Shown: piece by piece, positions 49,396 through 61,642 of the stretch
How positions within the stretch are numbered: the stretch's first letter is position 1
Layout: every line of letters begins with the position of its first letter
Source of the DNA: Klebsormidium nitens
Taxonomy: Eukaryota > Plantae > Klebsormidiophyceae
Assembly (NCBI GenBank): GCA_000708835.1
Contig: DF237313.1
Coordinates: forward strand, 28,934 to 92,933
Length of the DNA stretch: 64,000 nucleotides
Direction of reading: 5' to 3'
Program-made: the position numbers and the translations under genes
The notes under the pieces: generated by a model
The model's input: the letters and a program-made list of their open reading frames with translations, nothing else
Database searches by the model: none
Told to the model about the DNA's origin: nothing

Positions 49396-50302
49396 CTTTG
49401 GCAACTTGCTCGCTCAATCTGCAAGCTTTGCTGCACCACCAGGTCCTTTGCTCCAGAAAGGAACGGACGGCTCAAGCATTTCATAAGGACAACCGAGGGG
49501 CATCTGTGAGCATCTGAGCAACCTCCTCTCGACGATGTCTTCAAAGGTTTTCAGCCCTGTGAAATGAAGGGAGCCCTCATTCAGCGTTCGTCATGGAGGC
49601 CACAATGCTTCCTGAGCTGACCCTCAAAACCCTAATTCCTGGACAGCAAACTAGACATGAGTGCATGTAACTGTCGAAGCGGTAAGGGCTGACCTCAAAA
49701 CCTGGCCTTACCTTATTTTTGACCATATTTGACCACGTTCTAGCAACGTTCACACATCAACGGTGTTAGCCATGCCTCGATCCTATCGTACGGCCGACAG
49801 ACTCTAGGAAACGGCTCGTATCGCGGTACGTGACAATGCAAATGCAAATGGTGGAAAATGGTGCAGGCAGCAGGACAGTCTTGCCAGGACCCTGCCACTG
49901 GACCGCATTCGAACCCTGGCATGTTGCGGACGCCATTGAATCATAATGGGCAGAGGGTGCCAGAGCCTGAGGCAGAAGAAGTCTGACAGTGAGAGCATAG
50001 CCGCAGCGCAGACTGCGGCAGAGCGTGGCAGATCGTCAACAATCAACGTGCGCAACAAGGAGACAGCTGCCGTTCGTAGTCCTATATACCCACCAAACAT
50101 CAGGGAGATTGCTCGTTTTAGCTGCGCTGAATGTGCGGGCGATCTGCATCAAAGGAAAGGTTTTTGTAGGGTGATTTAGACTGAGCTGCGAGCAGGACAA
50201 CTTTCTGTGAATCTCACTTTTGGCTCGAAATACGCCAATTGCAGAACATGCACCTGCCGAGTTGACCCGCTCGAATAAGCCAGAGGAAGATCCTCCTGGG
50301 CC

Positions 50303-53300
50303 ATGGCATCTCGCCAGATAAAGCGATCAGCATCGGCTCGAGGCCTCTTTTCAGAGGCAACAGGTGCTGAATCACCAGGTAGAGCAGCCTCTCCTCGGCC
50401 GCACAAAGGTTCACCGACCATGGCTCGCAACAAGGGCGTGCCAGCTGTCGGAGGGGGCGTGCCAGCTGTCCCCCGGCGAGCTAGAATGGGGCCAGAGAAT
50501 GTTGCCCCAGGAGACTCACCAAATGGTCTGAAGCAGGCCAGGGAAGGCAGCCCTGAGGTCGGGAAGTATAGAAACGCAGCCATGAATGAGTCCCCCGAGA
50601 AGGAGCTGGGTGGTCCACTGGTTGAGACCAGCAGCAACCGGCCGTCTCCCAGCAAAAGGAAGCTTGAGTTCACGGCAAAAGCGAGCGCTGCGGACGTCAA
50701 AGCTGCAGCAGAAGGAGCTGATCTGGCAGGGCAAGATGACAAGGGGGTGAGAGTACTTATTAGAGTAAGACCAATGAGCAAAGCGGAGATGGTGAGTCAG
50801 TCCGAGCAAGGGTTGGTGTTAGACAGGGACTGCTCTTTGATAGCTGATGGCCAGACCTACACATTTGACACTGTGGCTGGGGAGCAGACGACGCAGGCAG
50901 GGATGTTTGAGATTGCGGGCCGGTCGGCAGTGGAGAACTGCCTAGCGGGGTTTAACAGCTCCATCTTCGCATACGGCCAGGTGAGGCAGCAAGACGCGAA
51001 TTCAGCACGCATGTGGTTATGTTTATTGAGACATAAATCTCGTTGGACTTCTGACAATTGAAACGGGTTTGCTATACTTAAGTTGATGCTGCACCAGCAC
51101 TGCATGTGTGATTCAAACGAGGACTTGCCAAGCCTAAGGCATCCTGTGGAATGGCCAAAGCACCTCTAGAAAATTCAAAGAGGAGATCAAGGCAAACTCT
51201 GGTCCACTGACTGAACTATCTCACCTTCCTTCAGCTCCTTCTGATTTCCAGAGAGAGTAGAAGATATGTATGGCAACCATTCAACTAAGTTTATCAGCAT
51301 TCACAGGCAACAATTTGCTAACAAAGCTTCACAAGTTGTGCGCAGACAGGAAGCGGCAAGACGCACACGATGACTGGGCAGATGGACGGGAGCGAAGCGA
51401 GGGGCCTTACGCCCCGTGTCTTTGAACATATGTTTCACCGGATCACAGAGGTGCGGTGGCGTCACGTTTGTTTGATTGTCAACATACTCAAAGATACAAA
51501 GAGCATCAAGAAGCATGAAGACCTTTGAGAACAATAAAAGATAAGCAGGCGTGCAAGTCCAGATCTGCAATCTTTTTCTCACTCTTGCACCAAAAGCTGG
51601 CCGTTCATTTGTTTTATTGCGTTTTCTGGTGTATGTGACTCAAGTGAGAAGTTACACCAGGGTTTTACCGTAGTCTGGGAGAGAATGTGACATGGAAATA
51701 ATCTGCAAATCTGCAGGAAGAGAGGGCAAACGTTGACCGAGAGCTGAAGTTCATCTGCAAATGCTCGTTCCTGGAGGTAAGGGCTGGAAGGGAACACCGA
51801 TTGGTGGGCGTCTATGCTGTGGGCTCATGTCCACTGCCCAATCTGTCAACCAGCTCTTGCACAATCAGCCACAATTACACCAGGCCAAATGTGGTTTGGT
51901 TTGGTGTATGTACATGCAAACGACTTCCATAGGTCACGTTTACTGCAATAGGTTTATGCAGTTGAGTGGTGATGATCTGCTTCGCTTCCTTGGCGGCTTG
52001 TTTGACGTCCATCAAGTCATTGCTCAGCTTCTATGAAAAAGCACATTCATTAGCGCCGTGGCGTTCTGTTTGAGCAGATCTACAACGAGCACATCACGGA
52101 TCTGCTGGAGCCCTCCTCCAAGAACCTGCAGGTTAGTGGGCTACGAGAGTCGATAAATCTTACTTCTTCAAACACATGACGAGAAGGTGGTGGCAGTGTC
52201 CCAACTTGTTTAAAGCAGCAACAAGCCATCACTCAAAGCGTCATCTTTCCTTCTTAGAAAGCCGAGTAGATTAGATCCAGTCCAGCATGGCAGCTTTTTG
52301 GAGGGCATAGATTTGAATCAAGAAACTTCGGTTCTGACTTTCAAGAGGTGCGTTTGCAGATTCGGGAGGACAAGAAGAGCGGGATATATGTGGAGGGTCT
52401 CCTGGAGGAGATCATTGAGACTGTGGATGACATGCAGAAGCTGATAGCCAAGGTGAGCAACCATGCCTTCCCCCCAAGCTCGTAAGTTCAGGCCTTTGAG
52501 CAGAACATTAATCACTGTTTTTGCTCAATACTTATCAAAGTCCGCCCAAGGCTTGCCTGTGTGAATAGAAAGCTTACCCCGTGGCAAAAGTTCACCCTGA
52601 GCCCGTCATCCACTATTTTATTTTCGCTGTGTTTGTCTTTATTGATCTCTCGACGGTCATTCAACTCAGCAAAGAACTGATCTGAAGTGGCAAGGTGTGC
52701 AATGTTCAACTGAGGGAAGCTTTCAGAGCGCTTACTCAGAAGGCCGTCTCAATTATTGTACAGGGCACTGCGAACCGGACCGTAGCTGCAACCAACATGA
52801 ACTCTGCCAGCAGCCGCTCGCACAGCGTGTTTACCTGTACCATATTGAGTCGCAATAAGGTACGATTGCTTTCCACCATGTCACCCATTTGCTGCCATCA
52901 GAAAGGCAAAATCAGAATTTGAACAACAGCCACGACTGCAAGCGTGACTCCACCAGAGCCTAAAGCTGTCAGAATGACGTTGTTACATGCTTGCCAGAAC
53001 AATATGTTCAGATGTTCAGAACTTTACTGGTTTTGTACGAGTGCCTTCAGAAAGCAACGGCCCGTACCCAAGGTAGAGTGAGTCTGAGAATCTTGTTGGG
53101 CTTGTTGTAAAACAAACTCAAGCTAATTGGTCAATAATTTCAATGCTGCCAGGGCTGCAGAGCTTGCTCAATTTCTCCAGAGACCCGTCTCACGACTGGA
53201 AAGAGAGCATTTCTTGTGCAAAAGCTAGCTGCTTCTCTGTTGCAGAATGTGTCCGACGGCACTGTCAACGTCCGGCGCTCGCGGTTGAACCTTGTAGACT

Positions 53301-56300
53301 TGGCCGGATCGGAACGGTGAGTTCACCAATGTTGTTGGCTGGCTTCACATGGAAAGACGTCATCTCGAATTAGTTAGCTCGTTACAATTTTCAACGAATG
53401 ACAAGATAATGTTCAAATACAGATGGCACATCCTAGTGAGGTGACGACTTTCCATAAGGCTTCGGAGCTTTTATTTGTTTTAAAGCGCATCGCTCGAACC
53501 CTCGGCAAACACGCCGTCAGTCATTGGCCGGGCACTTTGAAACTAGAATTGCGGCAGTTCAGCTTTGCATTGCCTGTCTGCCCTGCAGGCAAAAGCTGAC
53601 TGGAGCCCAGGGTGACCGGCTCAAGGAGGCCAGCAAGATCAACTCGTCCCTTTCGGCGCTGGGGTGAGCTTGCAAACTCTCGTATGCTTCTTCTCTTGAG
53701 TGCGTTAGCAGCTGCTCATTCCGTAGTCTGGCCTGTGGCAGCCCGTTTGCAAATGATGAGGAGAAAGTCGCTCGAGGAATCGCCTCTGCAGATCAGAAGG
53801 CCGGCAGCAAATGGCCTCCAACTTGAGTTGCACAACGTGCTATGCCTATGGAGCTTTTGGGACTATATTGGGTGGTCCTAGGTTGAAGCACGACCTGCTC
53901 AGTTGCTGACGTGAGGCCCTAGCTTCGACAGGCACAAAAAAGAATCCCCCTCTCCCTGAAGGTCACTGCTCTGCTGCTTGACACCTTCCGGACCCTGTCC
54001 AATCACGAGTACGTGCTTGTTGCGACTTGTAGGATATGCAGCTTTTGCCATACTATCGGTTAGCCGTCTCAAAGTTTACGAATTGTGCTGTGCAGCAACG
54101 TGATCAAGGTTCTGGCGGAAGTCGCGCAGACGGGCCGGCAGAGGCACGTGCCGTACCGGGACTCGCGGCTGACGTACCTGCTGCAGGAGTCGCTGGGAGG
54201 GAATGCCAAAACCGTCATGATTGCCAACGTCAGCCCTTCCAGCAGGTGAGAAGACACGTTTACGAGCAACTTGAGAGAGTAGTTGCTCAAATCACCTACG
54301 CAAAGTAAGATTACGATCGAAGCATTTTCTGTCAAGAAGGCTTTGGAAGCGGTGTTTCAGTTACCGGGCTCCGTTACAAGCCCCGTCTTTCGAGCTCTTG
54401 AAGCCTTTTCGTTGTGCTCATTAAACACACTACTGACTGCAGCCTTCTTACCGCCTGGAAAAGCAAACCGATGTATGCAGCCTCCGTGCGATGAAGGACA
54501 ACTGCTTCCAATCTAGAGTCAAAGGCACTTCTGAAATGATCCATAACATGCACAGCGATGCTCTGCCCGCTTGGGACACAGTAAGTAAGCTGACGAGTTT
54601 TTCCCTCTGCTTGCTGTCAGCTGCTTAGGCGAGACCGTGAGCACACTCAAGTTCGCCCAGCGGGCGAAGGCTGTCCAAAACAAGGTGAGGCTTGCATACA
54701 CTCCTTTCAGGGGTGCGCTAGCGGGCTTCGTCGGTTGTTGCCCAGGATTGAAGTTATGACTGTACGAGCTGCCCTTCCTCAGGCAGTGTCGGCGCTATTC
54801 CTGGACCCGCATCCCGCCTCGTTAAGCAAGTGTTATTGATCTATCTTGCGGCTTCTTTCAACATAAGATCATGTATGGACTGGCCTCGAGCTCGTCTGTA
54901 GGATGTAAGCGGGCCGCTATTAGGTAGCCTGCAACATTCGAGCGGACGGCGTTAGCTATTTTCGTGCTCACGTCCGACCACTATTGCCTTTGTCCAGGCT
55001 GTCGTGAACGAAGAGACGACCAATGACGTGAACGTGCTGAGGCAACAGATCCGGCGACTGAAGGTAAGCGCGAGCTGGCCACAGTTGGAAGTGCGAAGCA
55101 CTTCTTCTCACGCTTCAGGCGGACTCTGCTCCTCCAGATTGCTCTGATTGTCGTAAAGATCCGTGCAACCGTGCCAGAAGGTCTTCTAAGATCAGGCCTT
55201 TTAAAAGCCTTTCCCTAACCCCACTTTTCAGGACGAGTTGCTGCGCATGAAGACTGCCCCCCCGCCCCGCTCGCCCTCCCCCGCTTCCCCCGACGGCCAT
55301 CCAACAACCCCCGCAGCGCCCGCCACGTCAGACGGGTTATCCTCCCCGTCAGAGGCGTTTAGCCCCGAGGTTATGGAGCTAACCGCCAAGATAACCGAGC
55401 TCTCTCAGGAGGCGCTGCTGGCCGAGTCCTTCCAGGGTAAACTCACGGACGTTCTGGGGACGCCGAACCGCAGCCCCGAGGAGAACATCACCACGCGACG
55501 GCGGCGCCAGTGGGCTGACGTGGCGCGTGACGTCAGCGAGGGATCCCCGCTCGAGTCCCCGGTGCCGGCAGCTTCTCCCTCGCCCATCAAGATCCGGCCC
55601 TTCCCCGTCTCCCCCGAGGGCTTCGAGGTGCTCGCCGACAGCCCCGGAAGGATGAGGCGGCGGATTCCGGGCGGCGGAACGGAGGACGGAACGGAAACGG
55701 AATCGGACGACGACGAGCACAGCGACAAGGAGAACTCGGCGGGCTTCCAGGTGACCCCCGGGTCCGAGGAGGTGCAGCAGGCGTATTTACACCGGCTCCG
55801 TTTCAGCACGGAATCCGATCTGCCGCAGTGCGTGGAGTCTCCAGAGTCTCCGCTGTTCGGCCGCGACCGACGGAGCAAGTTGCGGGACCCGAGCCAGGAG
55901 AAGAACCTGCTGCTCACGCCCCCATTCACACCGGTGCAGTCGCTGGAAACGGGCGAACTAGAGCAGGGGGCAAACCGCTCTCCCGTGAGCCCCGCCGAAG
56001 TCGAGCAGCAGCTCCGGGCCGCGGTCGCGGCGGGTGACGTCAGCGCGACGAAAAGCGACGTCAGCGCGAGGGACGATGACGTCGTGGGGGCGAGAAGGAG
56101 CTGCCAGTCGGAGTCGTTCTTCAGCAGCAACGACAACGTGGAGGAGGGGCTGACGTCACCCCGGGGCGTGTTGCCGAGGGGGGGCGCGCGCCAGTCTGTG
56201 GAGAGCGTCGAGGCACCCCCCCGGGAAGCGGCGGACCTTTTGGCGGAACCGGAAGTGCCGCAGACTCCAGTAACTCCCGGGTTCGGCAAGTGGCAGCGGT

Positions 56301-59300
56301 GGGCGAAAAAGACGGAGGGATCCCCCAGTGGAGAAAGCACTCCCGTCAGAGAGCCGTCCGGATCGCAGCTATCGGACGCTTCCCCGTCCCCAAAACGCTG
56401 CCACGTGGCGGCTCCTGAGTCGCCGGCCTCCTCGCCACCCCCCAAGCGCGCGCACCGGGCCGTCACCTTCCCGGACGACGACCCGCCAACCGAAGCGCAG
56501 CAAACGGCCGCTGACGTCACTCCAGGGTCTGGAGACGTCAGCGACCCGGGTCTGCAGATGGTGGTTAGGGTTGACCGGTCGGTTCAGGGGCCGTCGAGAA
56601 CTAGTCTGGCGGGGTCCGTGGCGGAGTTGTTGCTGGGTCCCGACGCTGTGGGGCTTTCGGACGTACAGCTGCAGGCGGTGGAGGGCGTCCTCGCAGGGGC
56701 GCTGAGGCGGGAGCAGGTCGCCGAGGAGCAGGCGGCGCAGCTGGAGGGGGAACTGGAGGCCATGCGCCGCATCGTGAGTGGCCAGACCGCTCTCTTCTGC
56801 TTGGGCCGCTCCAAAAGGGAAAACAGGAATAATTCGTGGTTGAGAATCGAATTGTGTCGGGCAGATAGTCGTTCCCATTTTTCGTAGGTGGCGCCTCTGA
56901 CAAGCGTTCTTTTCGTCCAGGCGTCGTGCCTTCAAGGCTTCCGCAATAGACGCGAAGGTGCTTACATGATCACGGAAATTGGGAAGCCCATTTATGTGTT
57001 CAGTCTGTGGGCAGACGGAAATCTACTTAGTCTGCGGAACTGTTGCTCGGACCCGATGTGGCTCTAAAACTCCCTTGCATCGGTGGTAACTTGTCGTCTG
57101 ACTCTCCAATCATCTGACTTCAGAGAACGTTCGAAAAATAACCGCATATTCCGCCCCCAATTCAACGAAAAAGAGCTCTCCAATCCCTTCCGCCCCTCCA
57201 TAGTTTGCCGACTCCTGCTCAAAGAATCTTGAGTTGGAGCTTAAGCCCCTCTCTCTCAGGTGCGCGAGTACGAGCACGACTACGAGTGCAACAAGCGGCT
57301 GGTGGACTGCCGTAAGAATAAGGACCACACTTTCTCGACTCCTGCGCAAACAACTTCCAGTAAAGGCTTACAATTCTTCGCTCTTAGGTGCGCGAGTACG
57401 AGCACGACTACAGGTGCAACAAGCGACTGGTACACTGCCGCGAGGACAAGACCCAAACTCTTTCGCCTTCAGCTCAAAGAACTTCCAGTTTTTTAAAAGT
57501 TGCAAGGTCTCTTTTTTGTCCACTATTAAAAGTCTAGCAACCTCTGCCTCTCAGGTGCGCGAGTACGAGCACGACTACGAGTGCAACAAGCGGCTGGTGG
57601 ACTGCCGCGAGGACAAGATCGCGCGCCTGGAGCAGCTCGCGGACGGCGTGCTGGCCGAGTCCGAGTTCCTTGTCCGCGAGCGTGCGGCCGCGCAACTAGA
57701 GCGGCGCGCGATGCAGGAGAAGATCGACCGCCACCCCGAGGTCACGCGATTCGCCATGGAGAATATGCGACTAGTGGAGCAGCTGCGCAGGTGGGCGCAA
57801 TTAGAAACTTAAGCCCGTATTGAACATTGATGGGATCGCGTGTCATGAACGTGGGTCTTTTTTGTGGAGACGTGTGCCAGTATTCAAGTTTGCTGGCAAT
57901 CATGAAGGCGGGTCGAAGGTAGGAACGCGGCGCAGGTAAAGGAAGTTGGATAGAGAATGACAATCGCATGCTTTTCTGCACTCTTACAAACCTCAACCAA
58001 TAATTCTGACGTCTAACGAGTTCAAATGGAAGTTCTTTACAACAGGGCGTAGCAAGTCCGCTTGCACTCCAGGCAATCCACGGTTCTGGGGCCCCAAGTA
58101 GGTCGTATCTTCAATCTGGTCCGTGATAGAAAGATCTGGACTTCTTGAGTGTGCATTTTACTGAGCATAAACTCCGACGCCTACTTTCAAGACGAAGCTC
58201 CCCGGTCTGCACGTCAAGTAAACCATGATGTCTGTTTTTGATCGAGAACTCGCTCAGTGCTGTAATGGCAATGAGCGAGGAGTACAAAACCCAAAAGTTA
58301 GCTTGCCGTTCTGCTATTCTTGACGCTTATTCTCTCACAAGCTCCCGCACACTGTCCCTCAGGTACGAGGACTTTTACGGCTGCGGCGAGCGGGAGGCCC
58401 TGCAGAAGGAGGTGCAGCAGCTGCGCGACCACCTGCTCAAGGCGCTGGAAACTGGGCCCGTCCTGACAGGGCCTTCTTCCTCCCCCGTGCGCGCGATTGA
58501 ATCCCAGCCGTCCGATGCACTCGGGACGGATCCCGGGCCGTCGGATCCGCGCTTGGCGAGCCTGGAGGCTGACGTGGCGTACTATAAGGAGCTGGCGGAG
58601 GTGCAGCGGAGGGAGGCGGAAGAGGCGAAGCACACGCTGGGGGGGGCGATCGTGTCGAACGCCAAGATGGCCAGCTTCTTCGAGGAGATCCAGGTAAAAG
58701 TCCTAGGGCTCAGCTTTGTGCCAGATTTTCTGAAGGGATTCTCAGTTTTAAGGAGATTCAGGTACGGACCTTGCGGGGGGGCAAGGGTTTGCTCGTATGT
58801 AAGAACCCGAAGGGGTTCTCAAAGTCTGCACCTAATACAATTCGCGAGGGGCTTGGCGTTGCTAAGGGTGTGAACGTCTTAGGAAGTTTCACGGCGATTG
58901 AGGGTTTCGGAGGAGTTGAGAGTTCCACTGATCGCTTGTCAGCTCTCTTGTCCTCACTTGCATAAGACGGTCGGTGCGGTGCTCATTGACATTCAGACAC
59001 CGAGCAGGGCTCGGACTCAGAATGTCAGAAAGGGCTGTTGCTCTGAGCATTGGGTGCTCAACATTCTTCCTGGATTTGCGCAGTTGCCTGGAAAATGCCG
59101 GAGAGGACCTGTGACGAGACGAATTTCGGGTTCAAACAGATAGGAGTAGCCGCGTTAGAAAACCCTTCTTTCTCACGTTTTCCTGCCTTCCCCGTCATTC
59201 TCGCAGAAAGAGAACGACCGGCTGCTTCAGAAGCACCGCGCCATCCGGCTGGCGACCGCCCACATGGTTTCCGCTGCCACGGAGCAGCACGGAACGGACC

Positions 59301-61123
59301 CGGAATCGCAGTGGCTGCAGGCGCACGCGGCCGAGCTCGCGGCGCTGCGCGCGGACGACAAGGAGAACCTTCGGGAAATTGACGGGTGAGCAGGTTTCGG
59401 GAGGTCTCAATTACTTCGAAGCACTAGATGCGCGCTTGTGAAGGAGGAACCGCGGGAGGGTGATGTGTGAGAAAAGCCGACATGGCTCGCGAGACACGTT
59501 TGAGTGCATTTGAACTCAAAGTATCGTGGTCGACAGTGTAAAACTTCTCTTCATCGTTGGGCCGTCCAATCTTAAGCAGGGTAAAGCACCTCTGCCCGGA
59601 AGGAGCTTGGAAACTCGAGACTGTCGACCGGTGACTGAGCCAAGCTCGGTGTGTCTCTCCGCAGCCTCCAAGCGCAGCTTCGCGACGCCCGAGAAGCGGT
59701 ACGCGCGGCTGGGGAGCTCACCACCCGGCTGCACAAGGCGGAGGAACGAGCCCAGGCCTGCGAGGTAGGCGGCACTTGCGGCCAAGACAACACCCACTTG
59801 CTTAAAGCATCGACTCTGTTCAAGTAAACGTTGCGGCCGAATCCAGTGGGTACATATCGAAGCAACGAATCCAGGGGTTCCTTGTTGAGAGCCGCATGGA
59901 GAAGGCCTTTAAGTTTATTCGAGACTCTGCAAAGTCGCCGCCAGCAAAGCGTGGAACTGCTGAATCCCAATCTATAATCACAGCAGAGCACAAGACGATA
60001 TGTAGCCTGGATGACTAGTTCTTTCTCTTGTCCCCTCGTTCTTGAGCCCCTTGAAGATCGCATTCGCAGCTTGGCCCGCTTGACCGGGTACATGTCTTCT
60101 GAAAGACGAACGGACACTCTCTTGGCTCACGCGTTCCGAGCTTCGCATGTGCAGGAGGTTTCCGGCCGCACCGAGCAGACCGTCAAGGAGCTCCGGCGGA
60201 AGGCGGAACAGATGCGCCGGCAGCACGCACTGGAACTTGCGGGCGCGGAGAAGCGGGTTCGAGAAGCACGCTCCAAGAAGGTGAGCATACTCTCTCGTTA
60301 CCGATCCAGGGACGTCTCGTGACGGAGAGTGAGGTTCTCGAGCGGGGAAGAGCTCGGTTCGCAGTGTGGCTGGCTGGCATACACTTGAGGCGCCACTTCT
60401 GCGCTTGCTTAAGTTAAAGCCGTTCTTTGACAGTGGCCCCGCAACGAAAACTCGGAGCTTTTTACGTTATGCCTGCAAACGTGAAATCGCATCGACCGTG
60501 CTTTTACAGCTTGCACTCCTTCACGCTATATTCGACTTCTGGCTCTTTCCTTGTCATCATTGTCTCTGGCGCAACCAGTGTTTGTTGTATCTACCTTTTC
60601 GAGATAAAATGTCTTTCTACACTCTGCAGGGCACCGTGTGCCAGCAACCGCACCTGTTTAGCTTGCACTTTTCGAAGTTTACTCGAACTCTCTTCCTGTC
60701 CGTCTTGTCTGACCCATGTTTGTCGTGGCAGAATGGATACATGACACTTGGCCTAATCTCCTGCAGGGCACCGTTTGCCAGATGTGCCAGATGTCGGAGC
60801 GCGTCGTGTTCCACCTGCCGGAGGGAGGTGACGACTCCAAGCCCGTTCAGAAAGTTTTGCACCGGTCCCAAACGGAGCCCGGGCGAGCGAGCGGGGCCAA
60901 GTCGAGCAAGAAAGGGTTCTGGTTCTGGGGGAAGGGAAAGAGCAAGGAAGAACCGGGTGAAGAAGAGGGTTCGGGCAATCTGGAGTCTTCTCCTGAGGAG
61001 AGGGAGAGCATGGCGTCGAATCCTCCCCGGGAAGAGGGGACTTCGGGAGAAGTTGGCACCGAGATTGCGGAGGGTGCTCGGTTGGACAACTCGCTGGAGT
61101 CGCTGCCCCTAACCCCTCGGTAA
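50303..61123 (+). CDS. KIN12: Kinesin-12 family motor protein with PAKRP1/KIN12A/B-type tail, 18 exons
   Basis: Phase-consistent exons: 50303-50980, 51346-51450, 51717-51776, 52078-52131, 52360-52452, 52764-52859, 53246-53316, 53589-53663, 54096-54245, 54621-54684, 54998-55063, 55232-56773, 57555-57790, 58363-58693, 59207-59385, 59665-59764, 60155-60280, 60767-61123. Motor motifs [30 protein letters not shown]; stalk [10 protein letters not shown] and [11 protein letters not shown]; tail [23 protein letters not shown]. Start codon could also be 50321 or 50420. Confidence 0.95.
57250..57620 (+). repeat. Triplicated acceptor plus exon 5' end
   Basis: AG|GTGCGCGAGTACGAGCACGACTAC(GA/AG)GTGCAACAAGCG... 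at 57260, ~57388 and the true exon start 57555. Confidence 0.95.
60620..60790 (+). repeat. Duplicated acceptor of the terminal exon
   Basis: CTGCAG|GGCACCGTGTGCCAG at 60630 and CTGCAG|GGCACCGTTTGCCAG at 60767. Confidence 0.8.
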
Positions 61124-61556
61124 AGGCTACAGGAGGTGGTCAAGGATGGGACTGTCCTCTGGAAAGCGAAATTTTACCAGGTTGATTAGATTCTCTATAA
61201 CTACTCCCCAGCTACAGTTAAAGTATTCGAAGAAACCAGCACGCTTCGGTTCAGAATGTCAAGGATTGGTTTACCACAGCTTTATACCCCGTGGTCTGAT
61301 TTATTTTCTGAAAAGTTTGAGTCCTCTGTCTGGCCGGCAAGCCGGCCAGCCCTGCCAACAGTTCATTGCAGTGCATTCACATGTGCATTGGTACAACGAC
61401 TACGGTATCTACTTCTTTCGCTCTTGCAAGTCGACTTGACTCGGCCGTTGATGCAAAGACGTTGTGTGATTCCTTCACTCTGAATTAGAGAACGCTTATG
61501 AGACGGTTGTTCGCAAATCGTACAATTCTGTGCGAGTCTCATAAAATCAGGTGTAT

Positions 61557-61642
61557 GCTCTACTATTAGGTTATTTTTTGACAACTAAGACCTTAAGGCT
61601 CTACTATTAGGTAATATCTTGACAATTGAGACGTAGCTTAAG
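61557..61642. repeat. Short imperfect tandem duplication (41/45 bp) downstream of the kinesin gene
   Basis: GCTCTACTATTAGGT...TTGACAA...CTTAAG occurs twice in tandem. Confidence 0.8.

Noticed and set aside
49755-50075. Three AACGG (MSA-core) words upstream of the kinesin gene
   Set aside because: Poor match to the full MSA consensus and close to chance expectation for a 5-mer.
61557-61642. TTGACA repeated in a tandem duplication (bacterial -35-like or CRISPR-like repeat)
   Set aside because: Only two adjacent imperfect units with no spacers, in a eukaryotic intergenic region.
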